This document shows, one piece after another, positions 26,709-37,473 of a stretch of 64,000 nucleotides of DNA. The notes under the pieces are model-generated. The model made no database searches and had not been told where the DNA came from. It saw only the letters and a list, made by a program, of their open reading frames with translations. The translations under genes and the position numbers were made by a program. The stretch comes from Bacillota bacterium (GTDB taxonomy: Bacteria; Bacillota; Clostridia; Saccharofermentanales; DTU023): the NCBI GenBank assembly GCA_029570375.1, contig JAKPXB010000043.1, positions 1,225 to 65,224 of the forward strand. Direction: 5' to 3'. Numbering within the stretch: the stretch's first letter is position 1; every line of letters starts with the position of its first letter.

Positions 26709-28133
26709 TCAGTTTATATTTTTCGCGGCTCCGGACCGCCTGTTCCTGACGAGCAGGAAATAGCCCAGGGAAGCGACCGCCGCGTAAAAAGTGAATACGC
26801 CGATATTCCAGAAGAAGTTCGCGGCCGTCGACCCCTTCGCGACAAAATTGTAGTCAATCGGACTGATCACCAGCGAGAAAATACTCATCAGCGCGAACCC
26901 CATCGAGAAATCACTTAAAACAGGCGATTCATACCCGGGATCACAGATTCTGAGAAGTGTCATGCCAGTAATCATCACGCCCGTATTGACACCCCACGCC
27001 ATGATCGCCCGTTCAAAAGCAAAGTCGTCTTTGAAAGCCTTTCTGAAGAGCGGCACCATGACGAAATACGTGCCGGCAAAGCCGACCGCGCACATAATGA
27101 GCATCGGCACGATGAACTGCGAGACAGCCTTGATCGGCAGTGTCATCAGCGCGGCGGTGATCGCGAAATCCGAAAGAGACCCCGTTATACGCGACTTGAT
27201 TTTCGTATCGATCATCCAGTTCATCTTCATCTTCAGCAGGACGAAATTAATGATATACATGATCAGCAGCGCGTAAAACCAGACGGGCAGGTAAAGGTCC
27301 GGTACCCACACGCGCATCTGGCGGTGGAGAAGATAAGCTAAAGCGGAGGCGAGGAGCAGGATGCCGAGGTGAATCGTGATCGTCTCGATCGCGCTGCTGA
27401 ACGCCGTCTCGCGCCCGAGGCTCTTCTGTTTATCGATTTCTTTTGTGTATCCCTGCTGTAAATCGCGCGGAACTTCACCTTTGCGGCCAAGGTAACGGGT
27501 CTGGCCGCGCTTCATGGCGCGGTTGATAAAAAAGATTCCGAAAAGCATGCCCCCGACGAGCCCGATGGTGGCAGTCGTGAGTGCGACTCCCTGCGCGGTC
27601 TGCCACCAGGGGAGACCGAAGTCCTGAAGAATGCTGCCGAGCGCGGTCGCCATGCCATGGCCGCCGGAGAAACCCTGGCCGAGCTCATAGCCAAACGTAC
27701 GGTACAGACCCGTGCCCGGGCTTACGGCTGTAATCGCCAGATTGACACCGAAACCGGTGATGTACTGGATGGATCCGCCGAGAGAAAAGATTCCCGTCAT
27801 CAGAAGAACAACGGGAAGCATCTCGCGGAAACGGCGCTGTTTCCGCGAGGGATCCATAAACATGCCGAGCGGCGCGGCCGCGAAAACAGGAACAATTAGA
27901 ACGACCGGAAGCGCTGCCCAGAAAGTCATCCAGTCTTCCGGGAAAGGCAGCGGCGCGCCGGAGCCCCAGATCCCGGGGCCGACAAGCAGACCAATCGTCC
28001 CGCCGATCACAGACGCCGGAAGCATCCAGCGCCGGAAGATCGGCACCTTCGCTCTGAGAAAAGCGCCTATGAAAAGAAACACGCCGACAGCCGCTGTGGC
28101 GATCAGCATTTCCTGCAGAACAGCTGAAGACAC
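26709..28133 (-). CDS. Sodium/glutamate symporter (GltS/ESS family)-like transporter
   Basis: 474 aa, about 12 TM helices. The N-terminus (FLFIGAFLRAKVPIFRRWMLPASVIGG) resembles GltS. Confidence 0.55.
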   Translation of the reverse strand: MSSAVLQEMLIATAAVGVFLFIGAFLRAKVPIFRRWMLPASVIGGTIGLLVGPGIWGSGAPLPFPEDWMTFWAALPVVLIVPVFAAAPLGMFMDPSRKQRRFREMLPVVLLMTGIFSLGGSIQYITGFGVNLAITAVSPGTGLYRTFGYELGQGFSGGHGMATALGSILQDFGLPWWQTAQGVALTTATIGLVGGMLFGIFFINRAMKRGQTRYLGRKGEVPRDLQQGYTKEIDKQKSLGRETAFSSAIETITIHLGILLLASALAYLLHRQMRVWVPDLYLPVWFYALLIMYIINFVLLKMKMNWMIDTKIKSRITGSLSDFAITAALMTLPIKAVSQFIVPMLIMCAVGFAGTYFVMVPLFRKAFKDDFAFERAIMAWGVNTGVMITGMTLLRICDPGYESPVLSDFSMGFALMSIFSLVISPIDYNFVAKGSTAANFFWNIGVFTFYAAVASLGYFLLVRNRRSGAAKNIN

Positions 28134-28243
28134 CTTGATCCCTCCTCACTGTCTCTCCCTGGGGAGCAATAGTATTCCCTCACATCCATCTATTTTATCA
28201 AATAGGGGGACGGTTCTTTCGGCTGCGCCGCTTTCGAAAATTA

Positions 28244-28708
28244 TTAATAGTCTTCGGAACAGAAAAGCAGTGTCATCCAGACGTGCTCGATTTGTATGTG
28301 ATCCGGGACGAACGGCTCGCCGCTGATGTGATAGCCGAGCTTTTCATAGAAAGGCACCGCGCTCGCCCTGGCCATCAATTTGATGCCTTTCCGGCCGGAC
28401 GCCCGCGCGCGTTCTTCAAAGACGCGCGCGATATGGGAACCGATACCGCGGCCGCGGTACGCCGGATCGACCGCCATATAGCGAAGCCTCACCGTCGGAT
28501 CCCCCCGGTCGAGATATGTCGCCATGCCGACAAGAGCGGGTCCGTCAAAGGCTCCGTAGATAAAGTCGCCGGCTTCCCCCGACAGGTCATCTTCGGCGAT
28601 GGATTGACCCCACGGCGCGCGCAGCACTTCATGTCGAAGCCGCAGCGTCTGGTCGTAATCGCCGCTTTGGTAAATAATTTCACGGTAGGTAATCCCGGGC
28701 TCCGTCAT
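28244..28708 (-). CDS. GNAT family N-acetyltransferase
   Basis: Acetyl-CoA motif A RGRGIGSHIARVFEERA, followed by PFYEKLGY. Confidence 0.75.
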   Translation of the reverse strand: MTEPGITYREIIYQSGDYDQTLRLRHEVLRAPWGQSIAEDDLSGEAGDFIYGAFDGPALVGMATYLDRGDPTVRLRYMAVDPAYRGRGIGSHIARVFEERARASGRKGIKLMARASAVPFYEKLGYHISGEPFVPDHIQIEHVWMTLLFCSEDY

Positions 28709-28810
28709 AGTGTTCTCTCCCGCTGCCGCATCAATTCTTATTCTCCTGAATGTCAGCCGCATTCACCGGCTGACGGCCGCATAACCGGCTGGACGGACTC
28801 CCTCCCGCCG

Positions 28811-29971
28811 TTAAGCTCCGATATCGCCTGCTGTAGTGCCCGCCGTCTTCATGATCTTGCGCGCGCGTCCCGACACACGCAGCAGGATGAACGCAATCAG
28901 TATATACAAAACGGCGAACCCGGCTTCTGTCAGGATATCCGGCGCCATGATATCCCAGTTGAGCGAGTGGCGGTTCGCGTGAATAAAGTAATAAAGCGGG
29001 AAGGCTTTGGACATATTCAGAACTGTATCACTGACGAGTTCCTGCGGGACAAACGCACCTGACAGGAAGGCGAGCCCGAGCGACAGCACTGAGCTGATCG
29101 CGGTAATCGCGGCGCGGCTGCGCGTGATATTCGCGAGTAGAAAACTCATCGCCAGCACACAGATACTGAATACGGCAAAGTTGGCAGACACGCGCCAGAA
29201 ATGCCCCGGCGTGAAGTATTTCCCGATGGAGATCAGCGATATTCCGTAAAAGATAACAGCGGCGGCGAAGACAACGAGGCCTGAGCCCATATACAGTTCG
29301 AGCGCGCGTCTCCGCGTCCTGTAAGGCGCGCTGATCGTGCGTTCGTAAACACCCGGCCGCGTGAACGCTTCATTGACGAGCGGAATGAGTGTCATCGATA
29401 CGATCATCAGGACATACGCCGCGCCCGACATCGCGCCGACAATCGAGTCCATTCCGTTTTCCGAATCGTTCGTCTTCTCTGACACGTCAATTTCCGTCTT
29501 CATCTCCTGCGAAAGCGCGCTGTAAAGGGCATCTTTGTCGAGAGTTCCGTCTTCTCCGCGGTATGCGTCCAGAAACCGGAGAAACATTTCCGCCATTACC
29601 CCGGCGTAGTAGCCTGATCCGGATTTCTGATCCGCGAGAACGACCGGAGGATCGGCCTCTTTCTCAGAGAACAGGTAAGCTGCCTGAATACGTTCAAGGA
29701 ATATCTCTTCCCGCGCGTCCCTTTCGGTCATCTGCCTGCGCGTCACACGGTGTCCCTGGTTCGTCAGCCACGCCTGCAGCTCATCCGCCGATGTATAGCC
29801 GGCCGGAGCAGAAATGACGGCTTCGATTTTGGTGGCTTCAAACACATTCTCGGTCCGGCTGCCGAACTGCTGTCCCATAACGATTGATAACACCAGAAAG
29901 ATCACGAAATAGGGGAGGATGATCCCCCAGCTCGTCCAAAGCAACTTCAGATATGTCTTGAAAACAATCAC
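28811..29971 (-). CDS. ABC-2 type transporter permease
   Basis: N-terminal TM helix, a large loop, and a C-terminal TM bundle. Operon with the ATPase at 31107-32045. Confidence 0.6.
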   Translation of the reverse strand: MIVFKTYLKLLWTSWGIILPYFVIFLVLSIVMGQQFGSRTENVFEATKIEAVISAPAGYTSADELQAWLTNQGHRVTRRQMTERDAREEIFLERIQAAYLFSEKEADPPVVLADQKSGSGYYAGVMAEMFLRFLDAYRGEDGTLDKDALYSALSQEMKTEIDVSEKTNDSENGMDSIVGAMSGAAYVLMIVSMTLIPLVNEAFTRPGVYERTISAPYRTRRRALELYMGSGLVVFAAAVIFYGISLISIGKYFTPGHFWRVSANFAVFSICVLAMSFLLANITRSRAAITAISSVLSLGLAFLSGAFVPQELVSDTVLNMSKAFPLYYFIHANRHSLNWDIMAPDILTEAGFAVLYILIAFILLRVSGRARKIMKTAGTTAGDIGA

Positions 29972-30050
29972 GCTGCACCCTCACATGAACATCCGCAGAC
30001 TGCCTCTCGCCCTGATTCTCCCGCCTGCCTGCCTCTCACCGCGCCACTCC

Positions 30051-31103
30051 TTACAAACTCCTGAACCGCCGATTCCGCATGAAGAGCAGAGAGACAAAAC
30101 ACAAGACAATGCCCGCCGCGAGAAAGAACAGAACCGCTTCAGAAAAATCTTTTGTCGTCCCGAGCGCGTTGAGCCGGTAAATCGTGCGGCTGAATATATT
30201 CACAGGGTTAAACCGGTTAATCCACGGGAAAGTCTTGTCGAGGAACAGCCGGAACCCCGAACCCATCATGCCGGAGAAGGCACTGAGAACAAGCATCAGC
30301 GCGACGCCGAGGGGCACTTTTGCCCTGATCGGCCACCGGTTAGACGCGCCGACAAACAGGCCGAGCGCGGCGCCGAAGAACCCTGTCACCAGAACCAGAA
30401 GCAGCGTCCGCCAGATATCTGACAGGTAATTGACATGCCAGACCCACTTCAGGTAGAGCAGGAGAACTACCGTATGCAGTACATTCATGATCGTGCCGGT
30501 GGCCATCCCCGCACATACAAAAGACAGGCGCGAAACCGGCGCAGTCGAAACGCGGACGGCCAGCGGCGACAAATTCGCCTGAATTGTGTGGACAATACTG
30601 ACTCCGGAAAAGTACCCGTAAAGCGCGAACATCCCGAGCGATGCGCTCAGTATGACAGGGAGAATCCCGGCATCCTGGTCTCCTCTCGCAATATATCCCT
30701 TTGAAAAATCGGGCGAATGGCCGGCTGCGAATGCCGCTCCGACTTTTTTCAGCTGAGAGCCTATTTCGCGGAGAATTGTCTCGTTCATACCTTTGCCGCG
30801 GACAAGAAGCGTTCCGTCCGCCCTGTAGATCCCGTCGATCTTTTTGTCGCGCAGCGCCGTAAGAGCGGCATCCCCCTGATAATCTCTGATGTCGAGAATA
30901 TCAATCCCACGGAGCGCGCCGGCGAGCGCACTGCCCTGCTCGACCGCGATCGGTACTCTCTCCTGACTGATCTTCAGCCCGGAGAAAGACACCGCCATCA
31001 ACGTCAGCAGCAGAACGGGGTAAATGAAACCCCAGAAAAGGGAACCCTTGTCTCTGAAGCTCAGCTTAACGTGGAGCACGGCGTGAGAAAAGAACCGCCT
31101 CAC
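30051..31103 (-). CDS. ABC-2 type transporter permease
   Basis: Same topology as its neighbour. Starts 4 bp after the ATPase stop. Confidence 0.6.
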   Translation of the reverse strand: MRRFFSHAVLHVKLSFRDKGSLFWGFIYPVLLLTLMAVSFSGLKISQERVPIAVEQGSALAGALRGIDILDIRDYQGDAALTALRDKKIDGIYRADGTLLVRGKGMNETILREIGSQLKKVGAAFAAGHSPDFSKGYIARGDQDAGILPVILSASLGMFALYGYFSGVSIVHTIQANLSPLAVRVSTAPVSRLSFVCAGMATGTIMNVLHTVVLLLYLKWVWHVNYLSDIWRTLLLVLVTGFFGAALGLFVGASNRWPIRAKVPLGVALMLVLSAFSGMMGSGFRLFLDKTFPWINRFNPVNIFSRTIYRLNALGTTKDFSEAVLFFLAAGIVLCFVSLLFMRNRRFRSL

Positions 31104-31106
31104 GTC

Positions 31107-32045
31107 TCAATCCCTCAGCGCTTTCCCCGTCAGTTTGAGGAAAACATCGTTCAGCGTCGGGAGCTCACTGTGAAGAGAAGTGTACGAAATATGGTGATTT
31201 TTCAGCTCCTCAAGCAGGGCGGAAAGGCGGTGTCCCGGAGGCGTCAGCAGGATTACCGTATGGTTGTTCTCCTCTTGGATGTCCACCACGCCGGGAATTT
31301 CCCGGATCATGTTGAAGACGCGGTCGCCCGGCTCAGAGAACGCGATGTGCACGGCTTCTGTCGGGTCGACGAGGTCAATCAGCTCTTCCAGTGTCCCCGA
31401 CGCCATGTTTTTACCCTCATCCATAATGACGATCCTGTCGCATAGCTCCTGCGCCTCTTCGAGGTAATGCGTCGTATAGAGGACGGTTGACCCGCGGCGG
31501 TTCATCTCTTTGATCCCTTCAAGGATAAAGTTCCGGCTCTGCGCGTCAACAGCGACAGTCGGCTCGTCAAACATGACAAACTCCGGATGGTGCGCAATCC
31601 CGCACGCGATATTGAGACGCCGCTTAAGGCCGCCGGATAGTTTCTTTGCCGTGAATTTTACGTATTTCTCAAGTCCGACGAACTCGACCGCCTCGCTGAC
31701 CATCACGTCCCGCCGGGCGTTATCGGACTCATAAAGTCCGGCGAAATAGCGGATGTTGTCAGCGACGGAAAGCTCCGCGAAGAACGAGAGTTCCTGCGGC
31801 ACAAAGCCGATCCTCTGTTTCATGTCCATGTCATCGGGTGAAACCGGGCGTCCGAAGACCTCGACGCCGCCCTCGTCAAACGCAAGGAGTCCCAGCAGGC
31901 AATTGATTGCGGTTGATTTCCCGGATCCGTTGGGTCCGAGAAGACCGACAATTTCACCCTCGTGTATCTCAAAATTGAAGTGATCAAGCGCGGTCACTTC
32001 CTTATAGCGCTTGACCACCTGTCTCATTTCACAAACATTCTGCAT
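31107..32045 (-). CDS. ABC transporter ATP-binding protein
   Basis: Walker A GPNGSGKST, signature LSGGLKRR, Walker B FVMFDEP, plus a C-terminal accessory domain. Confidence 0.85.
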   Translation of the reverse strand: MQNVCEMRQVVKRYKEVTALDHFNFEIHEGEIVGLLGPNGSGKSTAINCLLGLLAFDEGGVEVFGRPVSPDDMDMKQRIGFVPQELSFFAELSVADNIRYFAGLYESDNARRDVMVSEAVEFVGLEKYVKFTAKKLSGGLKRRLNIACGIAHHPEFVMFDEPTVAVDAQSRNFILEGIKEMNRRGSTVLYTTHYLEEAQELCDRIVIMDEGKNMASGTLEELIDLVDPTEAVHIAFSEPGDRVFNMIREIPGVVDIQEENNHTVILLTPPGHRLSALLEELKNHHISYTSLHSELPTLNDVFLKLTGKALRD

Positions 32046-32122
32046 GAGCCATCCTCATTACCGCCGCATGCCGGCGGCTTGTTAAAAGATTGCTGTGCCG
32101 GTGTTCAAAGAACACGCGTTAT

Positions 32123-33331
32123 TCATTCAGTGAAAAATTTGTGGTTGTTATCATTCTCCGGCCGCCCGCCATTGGCTGTCCACAGATCTTCAAGCCAGTC
32201 CACTTTCTTATCCGCGTCGAACGAACAGACATCTCCTTCACAGTAGGGCTCATCATAAGGCGCCGCCCACGGAAGATACGCCTCCCGGCAATCATCATCG
32301 GCCGGTGTCCGGTGTGAGTTCGTATTCGAATCTTTCAGTGCGTCGAGCTCTTTCTGTAAAGCCGACAGCGCTTCCCTGTCGTCCGCGGCTTTTTTCAGGG
32401 AGGAAGGATGCTCCAACCGGTCGGCGTATGCCCGCATCTGTTCGAATAATGCCTGGCCTTCTTCGACATAATTCTGATAAAGCTCGCACGTTTCGGCCAG
32501 ATTGGCTTTCCGCGATTCCAGACACTTTATCATCTCCCCAAACGCCTTTTCTTCATCCCGGCGTTTCGCTCTGTACAGGAAGAGTTCCTGTACAGCGCGC
32601 GTCCTCGCGGCGCGGTAAACCATTTCGCCCTCGAGACGGGCTTCCCGGAGAATATCGGTTGTGCGGTTGAGTTCCTCTTCGCGTTCCTTGTAGACACTGA
32701 TCTGCTTCTGGAGTTCCTGCATTTCCCACGCTGTCTCCGACAGTTTACCCGCCAGTTCCTCCTTTTCTTCAGTAAGCATTTGATAGGCTGTCTCAAGCTC
32801 CGCGTACTTCTCCGCGCTGATCACGCCGTTCAACGCAACGTCTGTCTCCGTGGCAGGAAGTTCTTCAGCGGGACAAACGGAGACAGCTGATTGTTCCGCC
32901 TCCTTCTCATCGATCGCGTCAGGAACCTGCTCAGATTCTTCCAGCACTTCCTCCGGCGGCGTATCTTCTGCCTGAAACAACGCGGCTTCCGTAAGCTCTG
33001 CCGGTTCCGGAGTCTCCGCGGGATTCATTTCCCGCATGGCATCCGCACCGGCGTTTTCTTCCGGTTCCTTTTCGCCTTTCCACTGCGCGAGAAGAGCCTC
33101 AAGTTTCAACGGATTTTCCGCCGCTTCCACCAGACTGGTTTTCATTTCTTCCACGCTTTGGTGTTCTTCCGCCACGAGTTCCTCGCAGACATCACGCGCC
33201 TTTACAAGAAGTTCCTTGAATTTGCTGTAGACATCGCCTTTGTCATAGCCAAACATAGACGTTTTAATATCGAGTTTCTTCACAAAGGCCACCATCTCTT
33301 TGTCGAAACGATACTTAATCATTGTTTCCAT
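32123..33331 (-). CDS. Acidic coiled-coil protein with a DivIVA-like N-terminus
   Basis: The N-terminal FGYDKGDVYSKFKELL resembles the DivIVA-domain pattern F..RGYD..EVD.FL. The rest is Glu-rich heptad-like sequence. Confidence 0.4.
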   Translation of the reverse strand: METMIKYRFDKEMVAFVKKLDIKTSMFGYDKGDVYSKFKELLVKARDVCEELVAEEHQSVEEMKTSLVEAAENPLKLEALLAQWKGEKEPEENAGADAMREMNPAETPEPAELTEAALFQAEDTPPEEVLEESEQVPDAIDEKEAEQSAVSVCPAEELPATETDVALNGVISAEKYAELETAYQMLTEEKEELAGKLSETAWEMQELQKQISVYKEREEELNRTTDILREARLEGEMVYRAARTRAVQELFLYRAKRRDEEKAFGEMIKCLESRKANLAETCELYQNYVEEGQALFEQMRAYADRLEHPSSLKKAADDREALSALQKELDALKDSNTNSHRTPADDDCREAYLPWAAPYDEPYCEGDVCSFDADKKVDWLEDLWTANGGRPENDNNHKFFTE

Positions 33332-33419
33332 AGTCTTTCTCCTGTTTTCGCGTTCTCTTTACGCAGAGCGGCATTCAATTAGTTCAATGATACCCCAACT
33401 CTTCTCTTGTTACTCTCTT

Positions 33420-36416
33420 TTACACGGCTTTCTCCCGCGTTCGTTTTTTTCTGTATTGTTTCAGCCAATAAAGTACGCCGGCAATAACAAGCCCTGTCGC
33501 TGTCATCAGAGCGCCTGCCGCAAACCCGGCGGGCACAAAATGCGCGGAAACCGTGTGTTTCCCCGCACTGAGGGGCAGGATAATAAAACAATCGCCAATC
33601 GTCTCCGCTTCTGTGACGACGCCGTCCACTTTAAAGGTCCAGCCCGGATTGCCCGTTGTCGGGAGGAATAAATAGCCTTTTTCGGGCGCGGTAATCGTTC
33701 CGGAGAACGCATTGGACCGGAACAAGTCGAGCCGGAGGGGATGCGCAGCCAGTTTTTCTCTCGATTTTTTCCAGGCGGCCTGGTCCAGGCGGCCGACACT
33801 CGCGCGGAACACGCCGTCTACGGCCTTGTCTGTACTCATGTTAACCCGGAAATGCAGTTTGGTCCCCGCCTCCAGGAAACCGACATCCCCAATGCCGCGC
33901 TTACTGCCTCCAAGCTGAAAGAACTGATCATCTCTGATAAAGCCGTTGCTGTAAGTGATCCCGACGGAAACATCCTCCCAGGAGACGTAGTAAATACCGT
34001 CTTCAGGGACATCGTAGACGAGAAAAGCCCATTCGCTGTTTCCCTGTTCGCGCACCACGCGGAACGAGTACGGATCGAGCGAAGGTTCTACATAACAGCC
34101 TTCCTGTCCCCATGGGACAAAAGCCTCTTTGACCAGTACGTCCGGTTCACCTCCAAGAGCCGCGAGAAGCTGATTCTGTACATCGAAATGATCTTCCGGC
34201 CTTACTTCACCGTCGAGATAACCCGCATTCAGACACGCGAAGAAACCGAAAGGAAGTGCGTCCCGGTTGACATAATGCTTCGTCTCTTCTCCGGTTGAGA
34301 CGAGCGTCCGGGAGCGGTCATCGAATACCCGGTTGCCCCGGACAAGCAGATGATTGATGGACAGAAGGCTGTCCATCACGATGGTCGATTCCTTGTACTG
34401 CATGCTGTTGACGCCGTTTGTCGGGTACCCTAAATCAGAGAAATAGGCGATCGAAGCTTTCGGGAAGGGCGAAGCGAACAGCGACAAGCCGTTCGTTCCG
34501 TAAAGAAAAGGGTCGTTCACGCATGTGTCCGGGAGTATCTCGGCGCGCCAGGGACGCCCTTTATTTTCCGCTTTCAGTGCGGATACGTATGCGTAAAACT
34601 CTGTTCCGTATGTATTGCTCGTGTAGTATCGGCGATCACCCAGAGGCGCCACCTGCTGATAAAGCGCGGCGCTTGTAATGGCATGAAACAATACTTCCGT
34701 CATCATGAAGGCAAAGAAGATCAAATGTGCGCGGTGATACTTGATTTTCTGAAAGCGCGCATGCCTATCCGGCAGCGGAAGATCTTTGTGTGTGATTTTC
34801 CGCCGATTCCAGAGCGCTTCCCGGGAAGGAACCAACCGCCGTGAAACGATTTGTTCTCCGCCTTGCCGCCGGCGGCCGCGCTTTCTCAGGGCAGACAGCC
34901 TGTACCTGATGCCACGCTGTGGCAACGCGGCTGTGTCTTCCTGACTCCCACCATCGGCGGGACGGCTCCGGAACTGTCCCTTTTGTTCGGACGCCCTCAA
35001 TTCCGAGAAGACCATCAGGTATCCGACCACAAAAACGAGAAAGACCGCGATTCTCCAGTGAGACAAAGCGTCATTCAGCTGATACCGCTGCTCGGCCAGC
35101 AACAGGACGAAAATCGCGGCGGCTGTAAAGGCGACAGGCGCCACATGCCGGGAGAGGTCATCCCCTGCCGCCTGGTATGCCATCGCGAGCACGAGAAGAA
35201 TAAAGACAAACGCGTATCTGAAATCGAGCGAATTCGGATAATGCGCCCCGTGCCAGAGAAAGCTCAGCGTGCGCGACTGGAACGAAAACAGAAGAAATCC
35301 CAAAAGCGCACCGTAGGCGAGGCGTACGCCGCGCGGCCTCCGCTTATCCGCGAAAAAAGCGGGAAGCAGCATGATGACGGGCATCCCTGCGTAAATATTG
35401 GGAAGTCCCGACATAATATTGGGCGGACGGAGCGGCGTCATCCGTCCGAGTGTATCGAGAAAAGCCTGAGTAAAAGTGAAGCCCTGTGGGAAAGCGTCAT
35501 GCGCGGCGGAAGTGATTGACAGCGCCCGCACAGTCGGCCACAACACAATCCCGGCGAGAAGAGCGGACAGGACGGCGCCCCCGGCGAATTTCCCGAAAGA
35601 GATCAGCGGCTCATACCGGCTGCATTTCGGATCCCGCTGACCGGATGGTGTTCTAAACTGAACACGGAGAACGAAATAGTAAAGCAGCAGGAAAGCGCAC
35701 GCAAAGAAAGCGGTGTAGTAATTCGTCAACAGCATCAACGTCATGCTCACAACAAATAATCGCATTTTTCCGTCGCGGACAAGCTGAACCAGCCCCAGCG
35801 CCGCGAGCGGGAATAATACGAGCGTGTCAAGCCACATAATGTTCCAGCTGTATGCGTATACCCACGCGGACAGCGCGTAAAAAGCGCCGAAGAGAGCAGA
35901 CAGTGGATCGCGCCGGCGAAACGATCCGGACAGGAATTCCCGGAAGAATAACCCGGACAGACCGATCTTCAAGGTCGTCAGCACCATGACGGCTTCCGCT
36001 ATATTCTGGTCCGGGAAAAAGATCACCAGGATGTTCAGAGGGCTCGCGACATAGTACGTAAAGATACTGTAAAAATTGACACCCAGTCCGCCCGACCAGG
36101 AAAAGAATAAATTGTCGCAGGAGAGAATTTTTCTTTTCAGTTCCAGCAGGAACGGCGCGTATTGGTGATAGAGATCGTAGGCCAGAAGATGGCGGTTCCC
36201 GACTGGCCAGAGTCCGTGCGCGGCATATGCCACATAAAAAGCAAACATGGGGAGAAGGAACGCGAAAATACGCTGCCTTCGCTCCGCCTCCAGCTGTCTC
36301 TGCCCGAGCAGAGTTCTCTCTTTGCGTGTCGGCGTGAACTTTCTAATCAGTTTCAACATGACTTTCGTCTCCGGTATTGAAAAGGATAACAGCTGATCCT
36401 CCATGGAATCAGCCAA
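33420..36416 (-). CDS. YfhO-family polytopic membrane protein
   Basis: 998 aa, more than 10 TM helices, N-terminal HLLAYDLYHQYAPFLLELK typical of YfhO, and a C-terminal extracytoplasmic domain plus a final TM helix. Confidence 0.65.
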   Translation of the reverse strand: MADSMEDQLLSFSIPETKVMLKLIRKFTPTRKERTLLGQRQLEAERRQRIFAFLLPMFAFYVAYAAHGLWPVGNRHLLAYDLYHQYAPFLLELKRKILSCDNLFFSWSGGLGVNFYSIFTYYVASPLNILVIFFPDQNIAEAVMVLTTLKIGLSGLFFREFLSGSFRRRDPLSALFGAFYALSAWVYAYSWNIMWLDTLVLFPLAALGLVQLVRDGKMRLFVVSMTLMLLTNYYTAFFACAFLLLYYFVLRVQFRTPSGQRDPKCSRYEPLISFGKFAGGAVLSALLAGIVLWPTVRALSITSAAHDAFPQGFTFTQAFLDTLGRMTPLRPPNIMSGLPNIYAGMPVIMLLPAFFADKRRPRGVRLAYGALLGFLLFSFQSRTLSFLWHGAHYPNSLDFRYAFVFILLVLAMAYQAAGDDLSRHVAPVAFTAAAIFVLLLAEQRYQLNDALSHWRIAVFLVFVVGYLMVFSELRASEQKGQFRSRPADGGSQEDTAALPQRGIRYRLSALRKRGRRRQGGEQIVSRRLVPSREALWNRRKITHKDLPLPDRHARFQKIKYHRAHLIFFAFMMTEVLFHAITSAALYQQVAPLGDRRYYTSNTYGTEFYAYVSALKAENKGRPWRAEILPDTCVNDPFLYGTNGLSLFASPFPKASIAYFSDLGYPTNGVNSMQYKESTIVMDSLLSINHLLVRGNRVFDDRSRTLVSTGEETKHYVNRDALPFGFFACLNAGYLDGEVRPEDHFDVQNQLLAALGGEPDVLVKEAFVPWGQEGCYVEPSLDPYSFRVVREQGNSEWAFLVYDVPEDGIYYVSWEDVSVGITYSNGFIRDDQFFQLGGSKRGIGDVGFLEAGTKLHFRVNMSTDKAVDGVFRASVGRLDQAAWKKSREKLAAHPLRLDLFRSNAFSGTITAPEKGYLFLPTTGNPGWTFKVDGVVTEAETIGDCFIILPLSAGKHTVSAHFVPAGFAAGALMTATGLVIAGVLYWLKQYRKKRTREKAV

Positions 36417-36455
36417 TCTGTGGATCTTTTGTATCTAAGATGATCAGCCGCTGAC

Positions 36456-37352
36456 TCAGATTTGTGCCAGCAATTCAATAAGCCGCTCTCTTTCGTCGGC
36501 CGAATGGTAGCGAATAACAATTTTACCGCGTCCCGACCTGTCGTCGACTGTCACCTTGGCCCCCAGAGAACGGCGGAGACGTTCTTCCACATCGCGGACA
36601 TGAAGATCATGGCGGCGGTCAGCCTGTGAGCGGGGTGCAGAAGGTACCGGCGGAGCGGACAGTTCGTGCACAAGCCGTTCCGTGTCGCGGACGCTCAGTC
36701 GCTTCGCGAGCACGACAGCTGCCGCGTCGCTCTGCGCTCTGGCGTCGGAGAGCGCGAGCAGTGCTCTCGCGTGGCCGGATGAGAGGTCTCCCCGGCGCAC
36801 CATGTCGCGGATACTCTCCGGAAGGTTCAGCAGTCTCAGCGTATTTGTCACCGAAGGACGACTTCTTCCCAGCGCTGCGGCGAGGCTCTCCTGTGTCATC
36901 CCGTGCTGTTTAATCAGCAGATCGAAGGCCGCGGCTTCTTCAATCGCGTTCAGATCCTGCCTGACTACGTTATCAATCAGCGCCTGCCGCTGGATTTCAA
37001 CATCCGTCAGTTCGCGGACAATCACGGGAACAGTGTGCAACCCCGCCAAACGGGCAGCGCGCCACCGCCGCTCACCCGCCACAATCATGTACCGGTCCGG
37101 CGACGAGGTCGGCGTCACAATCAGCGGGGAAATCACTCCCTGATCACGGATCGATTCCGTCAGCTCGTTCAAACGATCCTCGTCAAAATTCTGTCTTGGC
37201 TGATCCCGATTCGGTTCAATCTGGTTAATGCTCAACTCGATAATTCGATCGGCTTCGGCAGGCGGAACCTCCTCAGGTGCGATTTCGAAGAGGGCTCCCA
37301 GACCTTTGCCCAGACCGCGTTTTGATTTAGCCAATTCTCTGTCTTCGCTCAT
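36456..37352 (-). CDS. spo0J: Chromosome partitioning protein ParB/Spo0J
   Basis: GLGKGLGALF, PRQNFDEDRLNELTESIRDQGVISPLIV, and GERRWRAARLAG. Confidence 0.9.
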   Translation of the reverse strand: MSEDRELAKSKRGLGKGLGALFEIAPEEVPPAEADRIIELSINQIEPNRDQPRQNFDEDRLNELTESIRDQGVISPLIVTPTSSPDRYMIVAGERRWRAARLAGLHTVPVIVRELTDVEIQRQALIDNVVRQDLNAIEEAAAFDLLIKQHGMTQESLAAALGRSRPSVTNTLRLLNLPESIRDMVRRGDLSSGHARALLALSDARAQSDAAAVVLAKRLSVRDTERLVHELSAPPVPSAPRSQADRRHDLHVRDVEERLRRSLGAKVTVDDRSGRGKIVIRYHSADERERLIELLAQI

Positions 37353-37473
37353 TTATCTTTTCTCCGATCTTTCCGACCCGAAACTTCCTGGCTGTTCATG
37401 CCATCCCGCTCCGCCACTGCAGATTCGGGCAGGCTTCTTTAAAGGCGCCGTCTTCTTCAGGCGAGACATCACT